Translations under genes and position numbers: made by a program
Source: Mobula hypostoma
Taxonomy: Eukaryota
Direction of reading: 5' to 3'
DNA length: 64,000 nucleotides
Assembly: GCF_963921235.1 (NCBI RefSeq)
Contig: NC_086097.1
Coordinates: 55,616,001-55,680,000 of the forward strand
Notes under the pieces: generated by a model
Databases searched by the model: none
Seen by the model: the letters and a program-made list of their open reading frames with translations, nothing else
Told to the model about the DNA's origin: nothing
Part shown: piece after piece, positions 1 to 12,037 of the stretch
How the letters are laid out: each line of letters begins with the position of its first letter
How positions within the stretch are numbered: the first letter of the stretch is position 1

Positions 1-1354
1 GAATTGAACATAGTGCTGAGAAGCACCCCTGCTTAAAAGGAAATGAGACAAGGTATCTATCATCTCAAGAACAGACAGGCAGCCTAGAAAGTACAACCGA
101 GCATTTCTCAGCATATATTCAGAGAAAAGATGTTCTTTAATGTTAGTAATATTTTGGAAGTGGAGCATAATATTGAACTGTACAGGCATGGAATGTTTTA
201 AGAGTGTGTAAGAAGGATATTCTATTAATGAAAGTTGACCCTAAGATTTATGATATGTTTACTAATCTTGCAGCTCCCTAGAAATCTGCTTTAAGAATGT
301 GTAAGAAGGTTATTCAATCAGTGGTGTTTGTCACTGAGATTTATTGCATTCCTCCTTATTTTCCCTGGAAAGCCAAAGGTGTTTACTTCACTGAAGTAGT
401 GCAGGGAATAGAGATTTATTTCAATCCACAGCCTCTTCAAATAGTAGAAAGGGACAAGTGTGGCTTGAAGAATCAAAGGGTCAGCATAACAGTCTATGTG
501 GCTCAAAGTGTTGAACATTCAGAATCTAGCTTGCAAAACTGGCATTTAGAAGTGGCAAGCCTTTTCATTCGTCACCAAATACAAATATGACTGAAGTTTA
601 AAGTCAGAGAGCAATAGTGTTTGTTTGATTTCCAAACCAAAGGCAGCATCTCTGGGTACAAATCACATTAATTCTCATCACAGTTGGAATGGCAATTCAT
701 CTGTTCTTTCAAGAGAAGGGGCATAGAGAGATGGTATGTAAATACAAATTTCAGAGTTGCTAAGCAAAACAAGTGGAATTGCTTCTTGTTTGAAAGGACG
801 GAAAAGTGTGAGAATGCATAACATTGAAGTAAATTCAGACAGCCCTAACATAGCAGTCATGACACCAGTGAGAATGGTTGGATGCAACAAGATTTCAAAA
901 TGAAGCTTTTTATAAATAACTGGTCAGTAGCGTAATTATAGATATAGCAGCAGGTATCTCTATTATGGGAAGAGCCACGGACTGAATATAGATGCATCAG
1001 CAGCTTTCTCGAAGGTGGAAGTGATACCAGCCAAAGGAAGTTCAGCCATCTGGCTTCAACAAAAATACATAATTCCAAGACATACTCAGGAGAAGCAGTG
1101 AAGGTACTATGTTTAAAAAGAAATGATTCTGTGGGTGACTTCAGCGCCAGGTAGGAAGGAACGTAAACTTCTGGCGAGGCATCATTGGGAATAGGGAAAG
1201 CATCCAATGGCCCTTCTCTTTACTGAAGAAGTCATTGCTAGAGGTCTCTATAACTGTCTCCTTCCACTGGCTAAAAATCTGTTCTTCATCGTGCATTGGT
1301 TTAAAAGCACAGTGGATATGATTTTCCTTGCGTCATTTCCGAGAATAGTACATA

Positions 1355-3260
1355 ATGAAAACCAGGCTTATTATCACTGACATACCGTATGTCGAGAAAT
1401 TTATTGTTTTGTGGTGGCAGTACAGTGCAAGACATAAAATGTACTATAAGCTACAAAATAAGTAAATAAACAGTGCAAACTATCAACAAGGTAGTGTTCG
1501 TGGGTTGCTACGAAATCTGAAGATAGAGAGGGAGAAGCGATTTCTAAAACGTTGAGAGTGAGTCGTCAAGCTCCTCCCTGATGGTAGTAACCAGAAGAGG
1601 ACATACCTTGGTTGGAGAGGGTCTTTAATGATGGATTCCACTCCTTGAGGCATTGCCTTTTGAAGATGTCCTCAGTGGTGGGAAAGATTGTGTCCATGAT
1701 GAAACTGCTCTCCAACTCTCTGCAGCATCTTTTGATCATTTGCACTGGAGCCTCCATATCAGGCTATGATGCAACCAGTGAGAATGTTCTTCACTGTATA
1801 TCTGTGGATACTAGAATTAGCCTTTAGCGACACAGGAAATCTCTTCAAACTTCAAATGAAATTGAACTGCTGGCATGCTTTCTTTGTAATTGTGTCAATC
1901 TGTTGGACCCAGGATAGATCCTCTAAGATTTTGAGACCCAGGAATTTAAAGCTGCTCACCTTTCCAACCACTGATCCCCACAATGAGGACTGGTACGTGC
2001 CCTCCTGACTTCTCCTTCCTGATGTCCTTGGTCTTGCTGACTTTCAGTGCAGGTTATTGTTGTGAAACCACTCCAGCAGCTATCTATACCACACCTGTAC
2101 CCTTCCTCGTCACCATCTGAGATTCCGCCAGCAACAGTGGTTGCCATTGGTGAATGTTATAGATGGTGTTTGAACTGTGCCTAGTTGCAGTCGTGGATGT
2201 AGAGTAGTGGGTTAAGCATGCATCCTTGAGGTGTGCCTGCATTGACTGAGTGAGGAGGAGATGTTATTAACAGGAGCTTGAGCACTGACTGTAGTCTCCC
2301 GATAAGGAAGTCAATGGTCCATGGGCAGGTACAGAGGCCCAGGTTTTGAAGCTTATTGATTAGTACTGAGGAGATAATGGTATTGATAAGCAGCAGCCTG
2401 ACCTATGACAATAGACAATAGATGCAGGAGTAGGTCACTCGGCCCTTCGAGCCAGCACCACCATTCACTGTGATCATGGCTGATCATCCACAATCAGTAC
2501 TCTTTTCCTGCCTTCTCCCCATATCCCTTCACTCTGCTATCTTTAAGAGCTCTCACTAACTCTTTCTTGAAAGAATCCAGAGAATTGGCCTCCACTGCCT
2601 TCTGAGGCAGAGCAGTCCACAGAACCACAACCCTCTGTGTGAAAAAGTTTTTCCTCAACTCCGTTCTAAATTGTCTACCCCTTATTCTCAAACCGTGGCA
2701 TCTGGTTCTGGATTTCCCCAACATTGGGAACATGTTTCCTGCCTCTAGCGTGTCCAATCCCTTAATAATCTTATATATTTCAATCAGATCCCCTCTCATC
2801 CTTCTAAATTCCAGTGTATACAAGCCCAGCCGCTCCAATCTTTGAACATGTGTTTTACTGTTGTCTTGGTGCTCCAAGGCCAAGTGAGAGCCAGTGAGAC
2901 TGCATCCTCTATAGGCCTTTTGTGGTGGTAGGCAAATTGCTGGGTCTGGGTGCCTGCTCAGACAGGAATTAATGGCCAACATCTCAAAACATTTCATTAC
3001 TGTAGATGTGTGTGCTACTGGGTGCTGGTTGTTGAGGCTGCTTACCCTGCTTTTCTTGAGTACTGCAATATTTGCGGTCCTTTTGAAGCAGGTTGGAACG
3101 TCTGACCACAGCAGTGAGAGGATGAAGATATCCTTCAACACACCAGCCAGTTAGTTGGCACAGGTCTTCAGAACCCTGCCAGGTATGTCATCAGGGCCTG
3201 ACACCTTGCAAGGGTCACCTTGTAAAAGGAAATTCTGAGACAGGGTTCACTGGGTTGTCA
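1355..3260 (-). mobile_element. Rex1/Babar-type LINE, degenerate RT to 3' end, interrupted by a CR1 fragment at 2407-2842
   Basis: Minus translation at 3141-2850 (LKDIFILSLLWSDVPTCFKR...VAHTSTVMKCFE) matches the Rex1/Babar RT motif DIFNLSL...VPTCFK...PVALT..VMKCFE. The 3' tail (gtgataataagcctg, minus) lies near 1360-1380 and resembles other Rex tails in the window. Confidence 0.8.
2407..2842 (-). mobile_element. CR1 LINE 3' fragment (5'-truncated)
   Basis: Encodes RLERLGLYTLEFRRMRGDLIEIYKIIKG...FFTQRVV.LW.ALP (CR1 ORF2 C-terminus) and ends in a tattgtc tail. Near-identical to 53950-54380. Confidence 0.92.
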
Positions 3261-3299
3261 GATGCTGTTGAGATTCACACAGGTATAACGTTTAGGTAG

Positions 3300-3551
3300 C
3301 TGCACCAACCACAATGCCTGCTCTCCTTGGACCTTACGAAAGCCTTTGGCTCCATTAATCCAGAGTGACTGTGGATCACCTTCTTCAAATCTAGCTGGTA
3401 TAGAAACTTGTCTCCATTTCTACGTTTGCTGCAAAATAGCGTGTAGATCTACAAAGGAACTAATCTCGGTACAGCAGGTATCAAACAAGCATGCATCATT
3501 GCCCTAACATTTCGTTTTTCTCTGTCTCATTGCAGTGTTGCACTTTACTTC
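3300..3551 (+). mobile_element. RTE-clade LINE RT fragment, first half (continues at ~10005)
   Basis: Plus translation gives DLTKAFGSINPE*LW and AGIKQACIIALTF, the RTE-type RT motifs DLTKAFD and GVKQGC..AP.LF. Confidence 0.7.
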
Positions 3552-5507
3552 CATAAGTAACATAGAAGAGTACAGCACAGGAACAGGCTGTTTGGCCCAC
3601 AACGTTGTACCGAGCTAGCTAAAAAACAAAGCAAAAACTCCCAAACACTAATCCCTCCTGTTGTTAGAGGGATCCAAGTACGTAGCTCCATATCCATATC
3701 CTCCATTCTCCTCATTTCCTTATGCCTTTCCAAACATCTCTAAAAGCCTGTAATGTACGTATTTGCCTCTACCGCCATACCAGGCATCCACCACTCTCCG
3801 AGTAAAATATTTATCCCTCACATCCCCTTTTGACCTACCCCCTCTCACTTTCAATGCATGCCCTCTGGTATTAGACACTTCATCCTGGGGAAACAGATAC
3901 TCCCTGTCCACTCTATCTATCCCTCTCATAATCTTATAAACATCCATCAATTCTCCCTTCCGTGTCTAATGCTCCAGAGAAAACAACCCAAGTTTATCCA
4001 GTCTCTCATGATAGCACATGCCCTCTAAATCAGGCAGCATCCTGGTGAACCTCTTCTGCACCCTATCCAAAGCCTCAACATCCTTCCTATAGTGTGGTGA
4101 CTAGAACTGTATGCAATACTCCAGGTGTGGCCTAACCAGAGTCTTATAATGTTGCAACATAACCTCCTGACTCTTGAACTCAATGCAAGCATTCCATAAG
4201 CCTTCTTAACCACCTTATCAACCTGTGTAGCCAATTTCAAGGAGCTATGTACTTCGATCCCAAGATATCTCTGCTCAGCAACACAGTTAAGGATTTTGCC
4301 CTCAACAATGTACTGCCTCCTTGCATTTGCCCAACCAAGGAGCAACACCTCACATTTTTTCTGGGTTAAACTCCATCTGCCATTCCTTAGCCCATATCTG
4401 CAACTGGTCTATATTGTGTATATTATTTGTCAGTCTCCTACGTTATCCACAATTCCATCAATCTTGGTATCATCTGCAAATTTAGTAACCCATCCATCTA
4501 TATTTTCATCCAGGTCATTTATATGCATCACAGACAGCAGAGGTCCCAACACAGATCGCTGCTGAACACCACTAATTACCGACCTCTAGCTTGAGTACCT
4601 ACCCTCTGTCTTCTGTGTGCAAGCTAGTTCTGAATCCAATCAGCCAATACACCGTAGATTCCATGCATCTTAATCTTCTGGATTAGCCTCCCAAGAGGGA
4701 CTTTGTCAAGCACTTTACTAAAATCCATGTAAAAACATTCACTGCCCTACCCTTATCAATCTATCTTGTTACCTTGTCAAAATACTCAATCAAGTTGGTA
4801 AGGCACGACTTGCCCCACACAAAACCGTGCTGGCTTTCACTAACTAGGCCATGGGATTCCAAATGCTCATATTTCCTATCCCTAAGAATTTTCTCCAGCA
4901 ACTTCCCTACAACTGACGTGAGACTCACTGGTCTATAGTTCCCGGGATTTTCCCTTGTTTCCATATTGAACAGAGGTACAACATTAGCTACTTGCCAGTC
5001 CTCCGGAACCTCATCTGCAGCTAGAGAGGACACAAAGATACTGGTCAAGGGCCCAACAATCTCATCTCTTGCCGTCTTTAATAACCTGGGGTTACTCCTA
5101 TCAGGCCCTGGGGACTTGTCCACCTTGATACACATTAGGAGGCCCAACACTTCCTCCTCCTTGACCTCTAAACACTCCAACATATTTATACACTCAGCAC
5201 TGACCTCCTGGTCTTCTATATCCTTTTCCTTGGTAAATACTGAAGCAAAGAACTCATTAAGTATCTCACTTACATTCTCTGCATCCAAGCAAATGTTACC
5301 CCCTTTATGCTTGAATGGACCCACCCCTCCCTAGTTGTCCTTTCACTCTTGATATATGTATAGAATGCCTTGGAATTCATCTTAATCCTACTTGCCAAGG
5401 TCTTTTCATGACCCCTCCTGGCTTTCCTAATTCCCTCCTTTAGTTCTTTTCTGGCTTTTTTTTACTCCTGTGTCCTTCATTTGATCCTGACTTCCGAAGC
5501 CTTACAT

Positions 5508-7839
5508 GATTAGTGAGTTGTTTTGCTATGTCTATCTCTTGCTGTGAAAGGGGAAACCTCTTTTTCCCTTTATTAAGGGGAGAGAGAGCCTGTGGCAGGT
5601 CAAATAGTCAGCTGAAAGATTAGTTTTTGAGGTACTACAGACCATGGTCTTTCTTGGGGGATTTGCTGTTGCGTGCTTGGTGGACGGAGAGCGCGGATGC
5701 TTTTTTGTGGAAGAGAGTGGGGTGGGCAAGTATTGCTTTGCTGCTGCTTGTGCATGGGAGGGGGAGTAGGGTGACTTCGCAGTTCTAACGTTTTAACTAT
5801 CACTCATTCTTTGGGGCATCTTCTGTTTTCGTGGACATTTGTGAAGGAAAAGAATATCAGGACGTATATTGAAGGTGGAACCTGGACAGAAGGGATGGTT
5901 TGTGCATGAACCGGAGGGGGTCCAATTTCCTAGTGGGAAAGTATGTTTATGCTGCATGGTGGGGTTTAAACTAGAGATGCAGGGGGAATGGGAACCAGAG
6001 TGCGAGAACAGTTAGTGGAGAGGTTATAGAGGCAGATGTTGGTAAGACTTCTGACAAAGTCAGGAATCAAAAGGTTGAGCGTGATGTGACAAAATTGAAA
6101 AGAGTGAATACAGGACTGAAGGTGTTGTATCTGAATGCATGCAGTAAGATGTTGTAGGCATCACTGAATCATGGCTGAAAGATTAGAGCTGAGAGCTTAA
6201 TGTCCAAGGATACACATTGTATCAAAAGGATAGGCAAGAAGGCAGAGGGGGTGGAGTTGCTCTGTTGGTAAAAAATAAAATCAAATTATTAGAAAGAGGT
6301 GACATAGAGTTGGAAGGTGTTGAATCATTGTGGATAGAGCTAAGGAACTGCAAGGGTAAAAAGGCCCTGATGGGAGTTATATATAGACTCACAAACAGTA
6401 GTAAGGATGTTGCCTATAAATTACAACTGGAGATAGAAAATGCATACCAAAAGGGCAATATTACAATAGTCATGGAGGACTTCAATATGGAGGTAGATTG
6501 GGAAAATCAACTTGTTGCTGGATTACAGGAGGGGGAATTTCTAGAGTGCTTACAAGATGGTTTTTTAGAGTGGCTTATGGTTGAGCCCACTGGAATATGA
6601 ACTATTCTGGATTGGGTGTTGTGGATTTAACCAGAATTAAGGTAAAAGAACCCTTAAGGGGAAGTGATCATAATATGACTGAATTCACCCTGAAATTTGA
6701 GAAGGAGAAGCTAAAGTCAGATGTATCAGTATTACAGTGGAGTAAAGGGAATCACAGGGGCATGCGAGAGGAGCTGGCCAGATTTGATTGGAAAAGTACA
6801 CTGGCAGGGATGATGGCAGACTAGTAATGGCTGGAATTTCTGGAAGTCAGAAGGCACAGGATATATACATCCCAAAGAGGAAGAAGTATTCTAAAGGAAA
6901 CGTCACAATCATGGCTAACAAGAGAAGTTAAAGCCAACATAAAAGCCAAAGAGAGGACATATAATAGACAAAGATTAGTGGGAAGTTAGAGGATTGGGAA
7001 GCTTTTAAAAACTAACAGAAGACAACTAAAAAGATCATTAAGAAAGTAAAGGTGGAATACAAAATTAAGCCAGCCAATAATATTAAGGAGAATACCAGAA
7101 GTTTCTTCAGATACTTAAAGTGTAAAAGAGAGGCAAGGATGGATATTGGACCACCGGAAAACAATGCTGGGGAGGTAGGAATGGGAGACAACAAAATAGT
7201 GGAAGGACTGAATAAGTATTTTGCATCAGTCTTCACTGTGGAAGACACTAGCAGTACGATGGAAGTTTCAGGTGTCGGGCCCATGAAGTGTGTGTAGCTA
7301 CAAATAACTAGAGAAAAGGATCATGGGAAACTGGAAGTCCAAAGGTAGATAAATCACCTGGACCAGGTGGTGTATACCCCTGCGTTCTGAAAGAGGAAGC
7401 TGAAGAGATTATGGATGATCTCTTTGAAATCTATCAAATAGTGAAAGGCCTTGATAGAGTGGATGTGGAGAGGATGTTACCTATGGTGGGAGAGTCTAAG
7501 ACCAGATGACACAGTCTCAGAAAAGAGGATGTCCTTTTAGAACAGTGATTAAGAGGAATTTCTTCAGCCAGAAAGTAGTGAATCTGTGGAATTTTTTGCC
7601 ATAGGCAGCTGTGGAGGCCAAGTCTTTAAGTATATTTAAGGCAGAGGTTGATAAATTCTTGATTGGTCTGAGCATGAAGAGACATGGGGAGAAGACAGGA
7701 GACTGGGGCTGAAAGGAAAATGGGGTCAGCATTGATGAAATGGCAGAGCAGACTCGATTTTGCCTAATGGCCTACTTCTGCTCCTATATCTTATGGTCTT
7801 ATGGTATATATTTCTCAGATATTAAATGGAACTATTGAA
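5508..7839 (+). mobile_element. Short non-autonomous retroposon-like element (5508-5871 plus 7805-7839), split by a CR1 insertion
   Basis: Non-CR1 sequence interrupting the minus CR1. ...caggacgtatattg (5871) joins tatatatttctcagatattaaatggaactattgaa (7805-7839), which is a LINE-type tail. Confidence 0.55.
5872..7804 (+). mobile_element. CR1 LINE with ORF1 end, endonuclease and 3' end; RT domain deleted
   Basis: EN motifs (DRQEGRGGGVALLVK, EDFN, GSDHN). The sequence jumps at ~7416 from EAEEIM to DLFEIYQIVKGLDRVD. Tail cttatggtcttatgg. Confidence 0.88.
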
Positions 7840-8826
7840 TGTTTCCTTTTTCTTCTTAACTAAATTCATCACCTCTCTGGACTTCCAAGGTTTTCTTATC
7901 TTTCCATCCCCTTCTAACAGGAACACACCTTTCCTGTACTCTGTGCAATTGTTCTTTAAACACCCTCCACATGTCTGATGTGGACTTGCCAGAGAAAAGG
8001 TATTCCCAATTAACGCTTCTTAGTTCCTGCCTAATGCCTTCATAATTTGCCCTACTCCAATTTAAAACTCTCCCACAAGGACCATACCTATCCTTATCTA
8101 CAGCTATCATGAAAGTTAAAGAGTTGTGGTCACTTTTACCTAACTGTTCATCCACTGAAAGGTCAGTCACCTGGCCAGGCTCATTTCTCAACACCAGGTC
8201 CAGTGTGACCATCTACATTTTGATTTTAGAAACCTTCCTAGATACACTTAACAAATTCAGCCCCACCGAAACCCCTTACACTAACAAGGTCCCAGTTTAT
8301 ATTAAGGAAGTTGAAATCCCCCATGACAACAACCCTATTATTTTTACCCGTTTCCTTAATTTGATTACATATTTGTTCCTCAATGTGCAGTTGGTTATTA
8401 GGAGGTCTTTCCTATTCCTGAGTTCCACCCAAATGGACTTGATGTCTGACCCCTCCATTATGTCTCCTCTGAGCGCAGCTGTGATATTGTCCCTGATTAG
8501 CAGTGCAACTCCTTCCCCTCTTTTACCTCCTCCTCTATCTTTTCTAAAACTTCAAAAACCTGGTACATTAATCACCCATTCCTGCTCCTCTCTCAACCAA
8601 GTTTCAGAAATGGCTACAACATTGTAGTTCCAGGTACTGATGCATGCTCTAAGTTCATCACCCTTACCCATAATAATCTTAGCATTAAAATATACACTCT
8701 TCAAACTATCTGATCTATCATACTTGTTATTTCAATTTTGCCTTTCAATATTTTTCCTGACATCTACCTTCTAGTCCAATCCTTCCCTTACTGATCTGGG
8801 GCTCTGGTTCCCAGCCCCCTGCAAAA

Positions 8827-9625
8827 CTAGTTTAAACTCTCCCAAGTAGCACCAGCAAACATTCCAGTCAGAATAATGGTTCCTGTCCAGCTCAGGTGCA
8901 ACCCATCCTTGTACAGGTCACCCCTTCCCCTGAAAAGGTTCCAATGATCCAAGAACTTGAAACCCTGTTGCCTGCACCACTTCCACAGCCACTCATTCGT
9001 CCCTTCACTTGCCCGTGTCACAGGGAGTAATCCAGATATTAGAACCTTGGAGGTCCTTCTCTTTAGCCTCTTTCCTAACTCTATATACTCACTGCGTAGG
9101 ACCTCTTCCCCTTTTCACTCTGTGTCATTGGTGCCAATATGCACCATGACTTCTGGCTGTTCCCTCTCACCCTTGAGAATTTCCAGCAGCCACTCTGATA
9201 CATCATGGACCCTAGCACCCAGGAGGCAATGCACCATCCTGGTGTCTCTTTTATGGCGACAGAGTCTCCTTTCTGTCCCCCTAACTATCAAATCCCCTAA
9301 AACTAGTGCACGGCCTGACTTTACCCTTCCTTGTTGAGGCTCAGTGCTGGCTAGAGTGCCACCAGCCTAGCTGCTGCTGCTGTGATCTGATGGGACATTC
9401 CACCCCCTCCCCAGCAGTGTCCGAGGGGGTATACTTGTTGGTGTGGGGTATGGCCACAGGGATCCCTGTACGTACATCTAACTCTTCCATCTCCTTGACC
9501 TGGTCAGTCAGGCACTGAAGCTGAGTGTACTTCCCGCAGATGCAGTTATCCAGGAAACCATCAGGTGTCCCAAATTCCCACATCTGATAGGAGGAGCATT
9601 CCATCCTGACTATTCTATACCACAA
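8827..9625 (-). pseudogene. CR1 ORF1 remnant (Cys-rich zinc finger plus SGNH esterase-like domain)
   Basis: ECSSYQMWEF...CICGKYTQLQCL (zinc finger), GDLIVRG, VHIGTND and DGLHLSWTG (SGNH blocks). Frameshifted. Confidence 0.8.
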
Positions 9626-10004
9626 GAAATAAAGGTTTGTTTCCTTTTAACCGTGCCTCCACCTGTTTATGCCAAAACCTTCACACTCTAACACTGGCAC
9701 ACTCCAGCAGTGCCCATTCCAACCATGACCGCTCCGCTTGAGCCTATCCTCCTTTTATTTGCAGCTGAGGTTAGGCCTCTGATGCCAACACTTCCTATGC
9801 TTGTGCAGTCCAAAAAGATCGGCCTTGCCTGAATCTGCACATTTTATCCTTTCTCTGTAGGACTCTGACCCGATACACATCCCTCTTGCTTTAGCGGTTG
9901 ATAAAAGACCTGCTTTACTCAAATCTGCTCTTTTTATACTCACTCCCTTAGCTTCAGTAGGCCTCTGACACCGACATGCACTCCTCTTGCCTGAGCCACC
10001 AAAA

Positions 10005-10315
10005 ATATTGGCTCCCCATGGAAATGAAGCTAATCTTCAGAACCAGTAAGAATCTTCAATCTCCAGAGCCGAAGTCACTTGAACTTCAGTAGTTGTACAC
10101 AAGTTTCCATCGGCCATGGTTCAGTCGAGCTTTATGACGCCATCATTGACATGTTGACTGAAGAATTCTAGAGAATGGATGTTACACTCTACATCCCTAA
10201 GACCAAGGTCCTCTACCAACCTATTTGTTACATTGCCTTCCAGCACTAAAGTCTTATGACAAGATCCAGAAAAATGTTGACCATTTCCCACATGCAGCTT
10301 CAGTATTCTCATGAA
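10005..10315 (+). mobile_element. RTE LINE RT fragment, second half
   Basis: Reads LPMEMKLIFRT, then TLYIPKTKVLYQP and ENVDHFP. This follows AVLHFTS at 3551 as in RTE ORFs. Confidence 0.65.
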
Positions 10316-10439
10316 AATCCTACTTCCTTTTTTATTCCTTTACCCCATCCCCAAGCACAAATTAGTATTGGGTGGTGATTACATGCCACCTCTATATTAT
10401 TCATTTTTCAAACAGCTCTGTTAGTCCACCAAACATGAT

Positions 10440-10760
10440 TTACTTTTAAGATAACGATGTGAAGTAATTCTCCCTCCCTTTTCCCTTCCGGTATTTACCC
10501 AGTTCTCTTTTGAACAGCCTTAACAAATATTCTTTCACCATCCTTTCAGGCAGCACTTTCCAGGTCAAAACTAGGCCCTGTTTTAAAAATAAAATTCCTT
10601 GTGTTGCCCCTTTTTTGTAACTATTCACTTTAAATCTGTGTCCTCTCGCTATCAACCTTTCTGACCAGGGACATGGTTAATTATCCTATCAAAATCAATT
10701 ATCGTCTTGAACAACTATCAAAGGTTTTCTTGGATCTCTGTGCTGTAGGGATCAGAGCTA
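10440..10760 (-). mobile_element. Old CR1 3' fragment
   Basis: ORF 10446-10655 RGHRFKV...TWKVLPERMV...FKRELGKY is a degenerate CR1 ORF2 C-terminus. Confidence 0.65.
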
Positions 10761-12037
10761 CTCCAGCCTTATCACTGTGAATCTTAATCAGCGATTTTCC
10801 TTCTAATCTTCTGTCCTGCCTCGCTCAGCCTGGGTAACACTGTGGGATTTGTGATAGTTATTGCAACATTTGGCAAGTGATCTTTGTGGATTTGGTAGCT
10901 GGTAAGAGGAGAATGAGCTAATTATCTAAATATCTGAAGCAGCAAACAGCTGGAAACCTCTTTTACGATTAAACAAATCAAAACCATAATCAAGTGCTTG
11001 AGATACTCCAAACAAGAAACAATCCATATCAATGCACTTCAAATCATAGGCAGGGTCTTCAACAAGGTTTGTCTGAAGGAAACACTATGCAATTATCATC
11101 AGCACTGGGGGTAGCACTAGAGGTCCCAACACAATAGACCACTGCAATACTAAGATAAGGATGTCTCCCTTCAGTCTCTGAAGCCAGTGTGTGAACAGAC
11201 TTCAGGAGGGTGAACCCAAGAAAACCATCCAGCACAGACAGGGTACCTGACCAAGTACTAAAGACCTGTGCTGATCGACTGGCTGAAGTGTTCACTGAGA
11301 TCTTTAACCTCTCGCTTCGGCAGTCTGAGGCACCCACCTGCTTCAATTATACCGGTGCCTAAGAAGAATGTGGTGATCTGCCGTAATGACTTTCATCCAG
11401 TAGCACTTACCTCCACAGTGAAGAAGTATTTTGAGAGTTTGCTGATGAACATATCAACTCCTGCTTGAGAAGTGACTTGGATCCACTCCAATTTGCCTAC
11501 TGGAGCAACAGGTCCACGGCAGATAGCACCTCATTGGCTCTTCACTCAACCCAGCGAAGTTGCGTACATCAGGATACACTATATTGACTACAGCTCAGTG
11601 TTCAATACCATCATTCCTCTAAACTAATCAATGAGCTTCAAGACCTTGGCCTCAATACCTCCTCATGCAATTGGATCCTCAATTCCTCACTTGCAGACCC
11701 CAGTCAGTTCAGATTGGCAACAACATCTCCTGCATGATCTCCATCAACACATGTGCACCATAAAGCTGTGTGCTTAGCCCCTTGCTCTACTTACTTTACA
11801 CTTATGACTGCATGGCTACATGGCTCCAATGCCATATTCGTTTGCTGATGACACTACTGTCATAGGCTGAATCAAAGGTGGCGATAAATCAGCACAGAGA
11901 AGGGAGTTTGAAAAATCTGGCTGATGGTGCCATAACAACAACCTCTTACTCAAAGTTAGCAAGACCAAGGAACTGATTCTTGACTTCAGGAGGAGGGAAC
12001 CAGAGGTCCATGAGCTAAACCTCATCGGGAATCAGAG

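Larger units (their letters stand above)
3552..9990 (-). mobile_element. Near-full-length decayed CR1 LINE (ORF1 + ORF2), split by a nested insertion at 5508-7839
   Basis: 3' tail ttctatgtt at ~3555. ORF2 fragments: 4761-5324 (KSPGPD, PGNYRPVSLTS, SQHGF) and 7856-8212 (LDLVL..EP, SDHN). ORF1 fragments at 8827-9625. The sequence resumes collinearly after 7839. The 5' boundary is approximate. Confidence 0.9.

Noticed and set aside
2494..3141. 215-aa novel protein
   Set aside because: Chance fusion of frameshifted Rex1 sequence with a CR1 C-terminus. There is no complete domain.
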